A stretch of 64,000 nucleotides of DNA from the sequence record PV593634.1; one strand, written 5' to 3'. Of this stretch, positions 1-9,356 are shown one piece after another. Each line of letters opens with the position of its first letter. The stretch's first letter is position 1. Position numbers and translations under genes: made by a program. The notes below the pieces were generated by a model. The model made no database searches and was not told the origin of the DNA. It worked only from the letters and a program-made list of their open reading frames with translations.

Positions 1-903
1 GTTGCCCATGTAGTCAGGCTGAACAACCGTACGAGCATCTTTGTTCATGATGTCGATCAGGCCGTTGTTCTGAATACCTTGCAGAGTTGCAGTAGGCTGT
101 TTGAACGCAGCAGGAGCAGCACGACCACCTGGGTTGTACAGCGGCATACGTTTCATTACAGCTTCGGCAATCTGACGAGCAGCCAGGGTATCGAACTCCA
201 TCAGACCAGTGAACTCAGTGTTGATTTCACGAACCTGACCAGAAGAGTTGTCAACGTCGAAGCTAAACTCGTAGTTCGCACCTTCTTTAGGCATCTGAGC
301 CAGAACCAAACATGCGTGACGCACATTACGCCAGTTACGGCTAGGTTCGAAGTAGATGGAACTCATGGAGATTTCATCCAGGAGCAGATCACCAGGGTAG
401 TTCAGGGTGATGATCTTAGGATGACGAATCACCGGGTCTTGCAGCAGGTAGCTAATCCAGGTATCCATCAGTTTGGAGAAGGATTCACCTTCCGGATCCA
501 GAGCCATGTGGCTGATAGAACCGAACTGACGAGTAGAACCAACAGGGAAGCTCAGAGTAGAACCACCTGCCCAGGTAATGTCGTGGTAATCCACAGAAGT
601 ACGAACGCTCAGACCGGACCAGTTACGAGAACGAGTTTCCATGTAAGAACGAAGCAGACCATGAAGTTCCTGACCACCAGGGAGGAAAGAGAACGCGGCC
701 GGAGTGGACAGGTTCACACAGTACGGACGCTGTGATACATACGGCTGTTCCTGAACAAAACGGAAGTTGTTCGGAGCGTAACCATATTGCCCTGCGTTAG
801 CCGCGTTAATAACCGCAGTGTTCTGCAAGTTAAAAGCACGGATAAAGTCAGAGTTACCTGGCATCAGCGTCAGGTTATCGCGATACGGGTAGTTAGTAGA
901 CAT
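1..903 (-). CDS. Tail tube protein (phiKZ gp30-like), runs off the left edge
   Basis: Not in the ORF track. My translation from ATG at 903 gives MSTNYPYRDNLTLMPGNSDFIRAFNLQNTAVINAANAGQYGYAPNNFRFVQEQPYVSQRPYCVNLSTP..., open over the first 100 codons that I read. Lies directly downstream of the sheath gene. Confidence 0.8.
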   Translation of the reverse strand, partial: MSTNYPYRDNLTLMPGNSDFIRAFNLQNTAVINAANAGQYGYAPNNFRFVQEQPYVSQRPYCVNLSTPAAFSFLPGGQELHGLLRSYMETRSRNWSGLSVRTSVDYHDITWAGGSTLSFPVGSTRQFGSISHMALDPEGESFSKLMDTWISYLLQDPVIRHPKIITLNYPGDLLLDEISMSSIYFEPSRNWRNVRHACLVLAQMPKEGANYEFSFDVDNSSGQVREINTEFTGLMEFDTLAARQIAEAVMKRMPLYNPGGRAAPAAFKQPTATLQGIQNNGLIDIMNKDARTVVQPDYMGN

Positions 904-913
904 CTTTTATTCC

Positions 914-3109
914 TTACTCAGCTGTGAGGCTATCTTCGTTGTAAGCTTCCAGGACCGAGTCCATCATGTAAACGCCTTTACCGAACCAGAGGCGTGTAAC
1001 AGCATACATAACAGATTTAGAAGTCGGAGAGTCTTCACGGAATGAAGTCTCAACTTCCCAGTTGGAGATTACAGAACCGAAGAGGTCGCGGATGCGCGCT
1101 TCAGCGTTATCTTTGACACGAGCCAGATAACCTTGACGTCCCAGCTGCGGATCACCAGAAACCTGGATCCACTGGTCTTGCAGAATCTTCTCAACGCATA
1201 CGCACTTCCAAACGTTGGTCAGATCTTTCAGCACACTGTTGATGTTGTCATAAACAGTCGGGAGTGCAGGACGGCAGAACTGAGATTCCGTGATCGGAGT
1301 AACAGTGATAGAACCGTTAATCAGGTTGTTAGCTGCCGGGTCATCTGCTTCGAACTCGATCTGAGGATCGTGAGCGATACGCAGGATACGGTTAGCATCG
1401 TGGTCTGGCATCATGGATGCGTACATCTTACCATCAGCACCACCACCGGCTACGGCGAATGCGTACATCAGGTCGATGTTCAGAGAGAAGCGTTCCCAGG
1501 TAGGTTCGTTAATATAACGAGCATCCCAAAGGTTAATAGCCGCACGGCAAGCCGCCGCTTTATAAACTTCTGATTCAGGGATCATCGTAATACGAGCATT
1601 CAACATGTTCGCAGTAGAATAGATCTCTTCCTGAGTTTTAGGACGCAGCCACTCAGTAGCGCACGGAACAACAATGATGTCTTTACGCTTAGACATGAAG
1701 TTAATCAGTACATCTTTAATGCGCTGATTATAACCAACGTCCCACATAAAGGAAGCACGGTTACGAATAACATCTTTAACAGCCAGGCTGTTCTGGTATT
1801 CGATCAAGTATGCTTCGATCAGCTGCTGGTTCATTTCCCAACACTGTTTGGTAGAAACAACAGCATCTGGGTTAGAGGTATCAACAACCCACGGACCGTC
1901 TACAGCAGGAACCCAAGAAGTCGGAGCATCTGGGTATTTACCATTTTCATCAGCAAACGGACTGATACCGCCGTTAGCTTGCAGGAAGTGGTTCAGGCTG
2001 ATACGGGTACCAGTCAGTTTATCAGCAACGTCGAAGTTACCACCAAAGATGATAGTCTTGTACGGTTTACCAACGTGGTTGACCAGGTCGAACATGTTCA
2101 TGATAGCGAATGCAGGCAGACGCTTATTCAGAACGGTCGGAGCCATTTCACCACCGGCTACGTATTCTGCATCATACAGTTCTTTAGCCACAGCGTTCAA
2201 GTTCTGAGTATACATGTGAACTGCATCGAACGGAGCATCAACAACTTCCACTGGACGGTTAACGTTGTTACCGGTGTACTGATCAACAGCACTACGCAGA
2301 GAGTAACGAACGTTGTTAGAGTCAACAGTATCGAACATAGTAAAGGTGGTATCCGGGGTACCATTTACAGTATTAGCCGGAACACGAAGACCATTGTCCA
2401 GAAGTGTACCAATGTTCAGGATGAACGGATACGCACCGTTCTGGGTAACGAAACGAGAAACTTCGTTCCAGTCAGTCATAGCGAGATGACCAATAGAAGC
2501 GTAGTTAGCGTTATAAACGTCACCGATACCACCAATGATTTCAGCCAGCGGATAGAACTTACCTGCGGTGTCCAGAGGGATGTCTGGAACAGAAGCGTCA
2601 GCTTTGGTTTCGAAGACTTTAGCTTCGCCAACTTTACCTTCTGATTTCAGAACACCTGGGCAAACCCACAGACCAGCGATGGTCGGAGTGGTGTCGTCAG
2701 GGATCGGGTTACCCGCATCATCAAGAGAGTAGCTACCATCAAGTTCACGTTTGTAGTTGGGGATATCACCTTTAAAGATTGTGACACCAACAATAGTACG
2801 AGCGTTTACTTTGTTATTGGTAAGACGTTTGAAGCGGAAAGAAGATTGCCCAGCAGCACCCAACTTGGAGATTGCATAAGTAACCGGGTTATAGAACATA
2901 CCGAACGCATCAGTGATGTCGCCGAACTTTTCATTAAAAGTCCCGACAGCCACCGTGCCAGCTTTGGTAGTTCCTTTCGGAGTTACCGCAGCGAAGTCCG
3001 GGAAGTGAGCAGGAGAAGAGATAACCGGTACACCGGCCGGGAATTGCTCCCGACTAACGATACCGTTATTTACCACTTTACCTGGAATCACTTTTGAAAA
3101 AGTATTCAT
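914..3109 (-). CDS. Tail sheath protein (phiKZ gp29-like)
   Basis: 731 aa, strong codon bias, sheath-like C-terminus (MPDHDANRILR...NLINGSITV); position between tube and the gp28/27/26-terminase block. Confidence 0.85.
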   Translation of the reverse strand: MNTFSKVIPGKVVNNGIVSREQFPAGVPVISSPAHFPDFAAVTPKGTTKAGTVAVGTFNEKFGDITDAFGMFYNPVTYAISKLGAAGQSSFRFKRLTNNKVNARTIVGVTIFKGDIPNYKRELDGSYSLDDAGNPIPDDTTPTIAGLWVCPGVLKSEGKVGEAKVFETKADASVPDIPLDTAGKFYPLAEIIGGIGDVYNANYASIGHLAMTDWNEVSRFVTQNGAYPFILNIGTLLDNGLRVPANTVNGTPDTTFTMFDTVDSNNVRYSLRSAVDQYTGNNVNRPVEVVDAPFDAVHMYTQNLNAVAKELYDAEYVAGGEMAPTVLNKRLPAFAIMNMFDLVNHVGKPYKTIIFGGNFDVADKLTGTRISLNHFLQANGGISPFADENGKYPDAPTSWVPAVDGPWVVDTSNPDAVVSTKQCWEMNQQLIEAYLIEYQNSLAVKDVIRNRASFMWDVGYNQRIKDVLINFMSKRKDIIVVPCATEWLRPKTQEEIYSTANMLNARITMIPESEVYKAAACRAAINLWDARYINEPTWERFSLNIDLMYAFAVAGGGADGKMYASMMPDHDANRILRIAHDPQIEFEADDPAANNLINGSITVTPITESQFCRPALPTVYDNINSVLKDLTNVWKCVCVEKILQDQWIQVSGDPQLGRQGYLARVKDNAEARIRDLFGSVISNWEVETSFREDSPTSKSVMYAVTRLWFGKGVYMMDSVLEAYNEDSLTAE

Positions 3110-3215
3110 AGTAAAACCTCATTAATTTTTTTGATCAAAAAAATCAATCGTATGACCCTAAATCGGGCATGACAGTTAACGTTAACACGCATAACATTAA
3201 TTCAGGACTACAGTT

Positions 3216-4094
3216 ATGATTATAAATGGTTACGAGACTACAGTTGGTAGTCGATTTAAGTTGAAAGACAAGGTGGCGGAAACGATTAATGCTCTACAGA
3301 GCACCGACCGTTTAGAGTTGGTCGATAATCGTGGTGTCTACGCTGTAGACCACAAAAACGACTTTGGACTCCCTCACTTTGTATTTCCCATCTCTCTCAT
3401 TAACTACATGAGAGAACCTGTTACTGTATTTGATCAACGTGTCTACTTTAATAAGCAGGGCCGTAACATCAACGTACCAGAATACAACGTTATGCTCCTT
3501 GCAAGTATCCTTCAACAGGACGCTCAAAAAGGAAACTTAACACTCGTTAAAGCAGTGCGTCCTTTCACTATCAAAGCTTTTGCTAACTCTGTTGGTAATG
3601 CCATCAGTCGTACAGCAACTCTTGATATTGTTCAGAAGATAACACTGCGTATTATCCTCGCTCACTATTTTGTTTGTCTGGCGGAAAATCCAGGTAACGA
3701 TTTCACCTTCGTTAGTATGAACGCGGTATCTCGTTCTCTGCGTGTTAGCCAACAGCAAGTACTTGATGTGGTTGAAGATATCGGTTACATCAACACTCTT
3801 CCTCAGCTCCTGGCGGCTATCAAAGAACACCCTGCATTGTTCGCTCTGTCTCGTTTAGACATCGGTGGTTTAATTGCAGCTGGTTCGAGCGTATTCTTCT
3901 CTACCTCTGGCTTCCGTATGTTAATGGGTGCAGCTTTGGAGATGCCTACTTTATTTACAGCAATTTGCTGGGGTGCGGCTACTCAAAAGATTTACCAGAA
4001 TACTGCGGTTGGTCAAGAGTTGAATATAAAAGAAGACCGTACGGTTAGTAGTTTCATTGCGACCTCCGAGTACTACTTCACTGGTCGTTCTTAA
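3216..4094 (+). CDS. Conserved virion protein (phiKZ gp28-like)
   Basis: 292 aa, divergent from sheath; synteny. Confidence 0.6.
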   Translation: MIINGYETTVGSRFKLKDKVAETINALQSTDRLELVDNRGVYAVDHKNDFGLPHFVFPISLINYMREPVTVFDQRVYFNKQGRNINVPEYNVMLLASILQQDAQKGNLTLVKAVRPFTIKAFANSVGNAISRTATLDIVQKITLRIILAHYFVCLAENPGNDFTFVSMNAVSRSLRVSQQQVLDVVEDIGYINTLPQLLAAIKEHPALFALSRLDIGGLIAAGSSVFFSTSGFRMLMGAALEMPTLFTAICWGAATQKIYQNTAVGQELNIKEDRTVSSFIATSEYYFTGRS

Positions 4095-4121
4095 TTGTTC
4101 CTTTATCTTGGGGTGATATAA

Positions 4122-6938
4122 ATGCCTGCGTATCAACTCTGCTACTCCCAAGAAAAGAACCCGTTGGTGGATTACTCCATAAAGAACATGTGGGGTAATC
4201 CCGACCTAGACCAGCAGTTTCAAATTAAACTTGCTCGCGTCTCTGGCAACCAGGGTTTTATTAATGACTTTGCTTACCTCGGCAAACGCCGTTACCTTCC
4301 TAGCACCTTAACCTTTTATCACGTCTTCTCTTTGGGTGGACTTGATACAGGGTTCTGGAACTTAGGAAGCCGTAACCAAAGTTGGTATCCTGTCGATACC
4401 TGGGTGAAAGCTTCTGAGTACTCCAACAAGCGTGGAGTTAAACTCGACTTCTATAAAGCCAACGGTTCAATGTTCCCAAGAACCGAAGTTTACATCATGC
4501 CTTGCTTTGATGGTGTGACTTTAGTGGCAGTTCCTCGTAATGATAACTACCCTCTCCCGATTGATAAAAACTTTTATATGCACTGTTATACGACAGACAT
4601 CAATACAAGTGTTATCTCTCCAGAGAACATGCCGAAGTACAGCTTTGGTTATGTGGGTGGTATCTATATAAAGAACGATGATCTTGAACTGTGCAAGTTG
4701 AACTACAATACGTGGTCTGCTTTCGACATGGGGATGGTTTCGTTCTATCATAACGGTGAACTTAAACCGATTGATTCGGTACACCCTAAACCGGGTGATC
4801 TGATTGAAGCATGTTACGATCCTTCAATTGAACTGATTGTCAATTACAAATATGTGGGGATGCCGGACTATTACTCGGACCTTGATCAGAAACGTAAAGT
4901 TATTCTGTTCCCAGGGTTTGATGAAACTCCTCGCATGTATCGTTATTATGACGATTGTGTCTTCTATATATTTAACCGTAAGAACAACCACGGTTATTAT
5001 TACAACAGAAACAGTATCGACGCAGTAAGACAGTTGACCCACCAAGACTACGGTATGGCTGCGGCTTATATCGAGTATCTTGCTAATCGCTTGATTGCTG
5101 AAGACACCACAGGTAATACGACGCTTGATGATATCGATATCAAGGTTGCTTATCACGCCACTCGTTGGCAGTTTAAATGTGGACCGAGTTCTAGCCGTAT
5201 TAACGATCTTTATCTGCTGGAAGATCCACAAGCCATTCTGCGTGCAATGACTGGCGCTAACTCTGCTGTTCCTGTTTGGCGTGCTCAAGAACTTGAGAAA
5301 TCGGCAACTAACAAAGTTCTGAATGCTCAGTGTTTCAAGCTTAACTCTGAACTGGTTCGTGAAGGTTTAGGTTATCATGGTTGCTCTGTAGCTATGTCCA
5401 ACTCTCCTTTATATATGCCGCATGTGACTCCTGGTCAACCTGGTTTCGATCCTATTTACGAAACACCACCTTACACCACAGGCTTGGGTTACACTATTCC
5501 TCCAACATTCGTAGAACGTTCAACCGCTTACGAATATGACATTGATGGACTGTTGCTGCGTTTAGTATTCGTGGAAAACCAAGAGTACTATCAACCTGGT
5601 CCTGATTGTTATTATGTCGAATGGGTGTTAGGTAAAGCGACTACGTGGCTGGATTACGTTGTTAGCCATACCGATGTTCCTTTACGTTGTGGTTATGGGT
5701 TCCGTGTATTCAAAGCAGGTTGGGCTATTGACCCTGATTGGCATGCTGGTCGTGTTGATGAGATCAAGATCGCTCCAACGGGTGGTGATGGTTCTAACCC
5801 TTATCCTCCGGACGGTAAAGAGATTCGCATTCTCAAGGAAGACGAGATTCCAGTTCCTCCAGATCCTAACATCCCTGACGGTGGTCGGGTAGTTGGTGAA
5901 TGGGTGGACATCACTGGCACTGATCAATATCGTATTGAGAACGGGCATGTAGTTTGGAACTTCGATACTGTTAACAACGTGGGTATGGTTGTATTTGATA
6001 CCGCTCACCTGTATAACGAATTCGACATCACACACCTTGATAACTCACTTACCTTTGCCATTACGCATAAGTGGCCAATTGGTGGCCCTGAAGTTACTAT
6101 GAAGCCTGGGCAGGTCGATGTGTGGATGAACCGTCATCCGTTGATCGAGAACATCGATTACATCATGGACTTCCCTAATGTCTACATCATCAGTAAGATG
6201 TGGTTGGTAGAAGGACCTCAGCATATCCAGTATCGTGCAACAGGCTTGTCTAAGAACGGATTGGTTAATACCTCTGAACTTGGGTTTGTCGCTGACGGCG
6301 TGATTGGGTACAACGGTCGTTATAACCTTCGTATTGATCGTCCTACAAAGACAATCATCGGTGGGCGTCTGTATTTGACTCCTAAGGTCGACCAAGCTGA
6401 AGATATCGATCACGGTCATAACTTGAACTCGTTGAATGGCTGGCCTTACGAGGTTAAACACATTTACTCTGCGAACAAGTATGTTGATTGGTACGACACA
6501 TATTGGGGTTATGATGATGCGATCGCTTTGGATAAGAAGATCTCTTCCTATCTGACTGAGTACGCTAAGTATAAGGAACCGTTCTCTCCTATCCTTCCTT
6601 TCCTGGAAGAGGATAAGTATACCTTGTACAGTCCGTTCCTCAGTAAGATCGTTAATGAACTCGTCCTTGGGTTTATGACTGCTCCAACTCCTTCTGGTAA
6701 ACCTGTCCCTTATCCAGATCAAACCGTATTGGAATTGATCAAACCTTATGAGTGGATGTTAGAGTTCGATCCGATCATTCTTGATTTTGATCTTGCTTAT
6801 TTTACAGTCCATCCGTATAACAACTGGAACAAGGTTACTGTTACTCCAGATCAACTGACATTCATCAGTGTCGTCAATAATTTGTTCCTGAAAGGGAAAG
6901 TAAAAATTGAAGGCCACTTTGAGGTGAAACATGTTTGA
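4122..6938 (+). CDS. Virion structural protein (phiKZ gp27-like)
   Basis: 938 aa, aromatic-rich; synteny. Confidence 0.6.
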   Translation: MPAYQLCYSQEKNPLVDYSIKNMWGNPDLDQQFQIKLARVSGNQGFINDFAYLGKRRYLPSTLTFYHVFSLGGLDTGFWNLGSRNQSWYPVDTWVKASEYSNKRGVKLDFYKANGSMFPRTEVYIMPCFDGVTLVAVPRNDNYPLPIDKNFYMHCYTTDINTSVISPENMPKYSFGYVGGIYIKNDDLELCKLNYNTWSAFDMGMVSFYHNGELKPIDSVHPKPGDLIEACYDPSIELIVNYKYVGMPDYYSDLDQKRKVILFPGFDETPRMYRYYDDCVFYIFNRKNNHGYYYNRNSIDAVRQLTHQDYGMAAAYIEYLANRLIAEDTTGNTTLDDIDIKVAYHATRWQFKCGPSSSRINDLYLLEDPQAILRAMTGANSAVPVWRAQELEKSATNKVLNAQCFKLNSELVREGLGYHGCSVAMSNSPLYMPHVTPGQPGFDPIYETPPYTTGLGYTIPPTFVERSTAYEYDIDGLLLRLVFVENQEYYQPGPDCYYVEWVLGKATTWLDYVVSHTDVPLRCGYGFRVFKAGWAIDPDWHAGRVDEIKIAPTGGDGSNPYPPDGKEIRILKEDEIPVPPDPNIPDGGRVVGEWVDITGTDQYRIENGHVVWNFDTVNNVGMVVFDTAHLYNEFDITHLDNSLTFAITHKWPIGGPEVTMKPGQVDVWMNRHPLIENIDYIMDFPNVYIISKMWLVEGPQHIQYRATGLSKNGLVNTSELGFVADGVIGYNGRYNLRIDRPTKTIIGGRLYLTPKVDQAEDIDHGHNLNSLNGWPYEVKHIYSANKYVDWYDTYWGYDDAIALDKKISSYLTEYAKYKEPFSPILPFLEEDKYTLYSPFLSKIVNELVLGFMTAPTPSGKPVPYPDQTVLELIKPYEWMLEFDPIILDFDLAYFTVHPYNNWNKVTVTPDQLTFISVVNNLFLKGKVKIEGHFEVKHV

Positions 6939-8673
6939 TAGTAAACCACTACCGCCCGGTAAAGGTCCTATCGTTCCAGGTAATGATCCACAGATCAGGA
7001 ACGAAGGTGACTTAAAGCGGGTATGGTATCTGGACCAAATCTATAACCCTGATATCCACCCGGTATCTGATATGCCTAAGTATATCGTTCCGCTGGAAGG
7101 GGAATTGGTTCACGATACCGCAAACCACCGTATCCTTCAGGTATCTCACGTTGACCGCTACGCTACCTGGAAAACAACATTCGTTAACTACTTCTTGTTA
7201 CCTGAGAAAGACGAATCGGATTACAACCTGTTCCCAAGTCACGAGTACGGATTCTTGCAGGGTGAGTTAGCATTGGCTATCGATTACTCTGTTCGTCCTC
7301 CAGTAGCTCGTGTGGACGCTAACGCGGTTGCTCCTGATGCAGCTTACGGTCTTATCTATTTGGGATCTATCATTGATCCTAATAAAGGTAATGTAATTTC
7401 TGCTACCTACTCGGGCCAGGACTTCATCGACAACAAGGTTCCTGTTTCTCCTGTCATTTATGACAACCTTGAGAACAAAACCATTGTTGGCGCGGATAGC
7501 TTCTCTGTTCAGTTGAATCAAGCAGCATTACCTAACGGTACTCGTTGTACTCTGGTTTACTACGATCAGGCTGGTCGTCCAATACCTCCGACCTACCCAT
7601 TGGCTGTTCAGCATTGCTCTTATCTGCGTGATCATCAGTTGGATAAACGTTACGTTAAGTCTATTGAGTTGTTGTCCCCTTGGTTCACTAACTCTACCAA
7701 ACCTAACACGATGTTTGTTCCTGTGAACTTACCACTGAGTGCTGTTGAATTCCGTGCATTGATTAACTATAGCGATGGCACTTCTGAAGAACATCCAGTT
7801 AACTCCTTCAACGGTAACAACGGATTTACTCTGATTGGTGTTGATCAGTACAAACCAACTACTCCAGGTCAAATCTCTGATGCCATCGTTCTGAGCTACG
7901 CGTTTAAAGATAACGAACAAGCGATGATCGTACAGCCAGGCGCCCCGAAACACATCTCTGTTACTTATGAGATCGTTGCGACACCAAGTCAGGGCGCTTA
8001 CAGTCCTCGTATCTATAGCTACCCGTATTGGGATCCAGCTGTGGGTTATCGTCTGAAGCACTACCTGACCGACCTTGATCGTAAGTACTGCCGTGATGTA
8101 ACTGATAAGGTTACCATTAACGAAGCAAGTCCTGCGTTTGAAGGTAAGAAGTTTGGTGAAGAACAACCGATGATCTTTAACCTGAACATGCGTGACGTTT
8201 CTGCTTCTTATGAACCGTGGGCATTTATTCAGTATACGACTATCACGTTGTACAACCCGCCGACTTCTGTTGGACGTAAATGGGCTGTTCGTCACTCTTA
8301 CTCTCGTCCTCCATTCAACAACCTGGTTATCAACTTTGTACCTCAGGTTGGTGGCGGTGCACTGGCTAAGTTTGCAGACATCACAAACCCAGACATGTTG
8401 CTGGAGAAAGGCTACTGGGCGTTCGAACCTATGTTCGATCCTCGTCAAGAAGTCAAAGCTCCGATTGCTACCCACTTCGATCTTGTTAAGGTTGATGGAA
8501 CTGCCGAGACTGGTATTCCTATCGCTAACTTTAACAACCTCCCAGTTAACGCTCTGGGACTTAACGATGGTGGTACGCTGTACATTCGTTGGACGCGTCG
8601 TGAATCAACTGGTTCCGAACTTCAACTGGGTGTATCGGCTACGGTACTCAAGCAAGTTACAAGTCTCGATTAA
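6931..8673 (+). CDS. Virion structural protein (phiKZ gp26-like)
   Basis: 580 aa, overlaps previous stop; synteny with terminase. Confidence 0.6.
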   Translation: MFDSKPLPPGKGPIVPGNDPQIRNEGDLKRVWYLDQIYNPDIHPVSDMPKYIVPLEGELVHDTANHRILQVSHVDRYATWKTTFVNYFLLPEKDESDYNLFPSHEYGFLQGELALAIDYSVRPPVARVDANAVAPDAAYGLIYLGSIIDPNKGNVISATYSGQDFIDNKVPVSPVIYDNLENKTIVGADSFSVQLNQAALPNGTRCTLVYYDQAGRPIPPTYPLAVQHCSYLRDHQLDKRYVKSIELLSPWFTNSTKPNTMFVPVNLPLSAVEFRALINYSDGTSEEHPVNSFNGNNGFTLIGVDQYKPTTPGQISDAIVLSYAFKDNEQAMIVQPGAPKHISVTYEIVATPSQGAYSPRIYSYPYWDPAVGYRLKHYLTDLDRKYCRDVTDKVTINEASPAFEGKKFGEEQPMIFNLNMRDVSASYEPWAFIQYTTITLYNPPTSVGRKWAVRHSYSRPPFNNLVINFVPQVGGGALAKFADITNPDMLLEKGYWAFEPMFDPRQEVKAPIATHFDLVKVDGTAETGIPIANFNNLPVNALGLNDGGTLYIRWTRRESTGSELQLGVSATVLKQVTSLD

Positions 8674-8679
8674 ACAAAC

Positions 8680-8705
8680 CCCTACCTTCCTTCGGGAGGG
8701 TAGGG
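8680..8705 (+). terminator. Intrinsic terminator
   Basis: CCCTACC-TTCC-TTCG-GGAG-GGTAGGG with cUUCGg loop, then TTTATGTTT, right after the stop. Confidence 0.8.
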
Positions 8706-8733
8706 TTTATGTTTGTCTATTTGATCTCAAGCA

Positions 8734-8750
8734 GATATCATTAAAGTGCT
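8734..8750 (+). promoter_or_regulatory. Phage promoter-like motif (variant)
   Basis: GATATCATTAAAGTGCT matches the repeated motif upstream of plus-strand genes. Confidence 0.5.
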
Positions 8751-8786
8751 AAGTAAACTAAATAAATTTAACCCACTAGTAAGGAT

Positions 8787-9296
8787 ATGAAAATGCAAGT
8801 TACTAAAGAAATGATCAAAGCTCTGGCCTCTCAGATTTTCATGAACCGTGAGATGATCGAAAAGTCAGATTGGTTTCTGATGGAAGAGTTCTTCATCGCC
8901 AAAGATATTGAGAGCGGTTTTAGTTCGTTTGCTTTATTCAAGGATAGTGCTAAACTCGGTAATATTCACAGCCTGGGTAGTGTTGAGCATATCCATGCGA
9001 CAATTACCACTATGTTTAACGATTATATCCGTGCTGAGGTTGAAGACGCAACCGAATACTTCCTGCGTTCTTATGGTACAAAACCGTTCATTCATAAGTT
9101 CCACGATTTGACACTGGCTCGTGGCCAAGCTGGTCGTAGCGGTCTCTACGCTAATGACACACTGACCAAAGGCGATCAGATCGTTTATCGTAAATGTATG
9201 TTGACCAAAGATCTGGATAAAGACATCCTTGAAATTGTCGTGCGTGATCAAATCCACACCCTGGTACTTGATGGTGTAATTACGATCGAAATCTAA
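8787..9296 (+). CDS. Hypothetical protein
   Basis: 169 aa, AAGGA RBS, own promoter motif and terminator. Confidence 0.7.
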   Translation: MKMQVTKEMIKALASQIFMNREMIEKSDWFLMEEFFIAKDIESGFSSFALFKDSAKLGNIHSLGSVEHIHATITTMFNDYIRAEVEDATEYFLRSYGTKPFIHKFHDLTLARGQAGRSGLYANDTLTKGDQIVYRKCMLTKDLDKDILEIVVRDQIHTLVLDGVITIEI

Positions 9297-9303
9297 ACAT
9301 AAC

Positions 9304-9332
9304 CCCTACCCCTCCTTTCGGAGTGGGTAGGG
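9304..9332. terminator. Terminator hairpin between convergent genes
   Basis: CCCTACCC...GGGTAGGG. Confidence 0.7.
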
Positions 9333-9356
9333 ATCTATGATCTTATTTATTTTCTT

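Noticed and set aside
79-2644. Long plus-strand ORFs opposite the tube and sheath genes
   Set aside because: Antisense shadows of codon-biased genes; no RBS, atypical composition.
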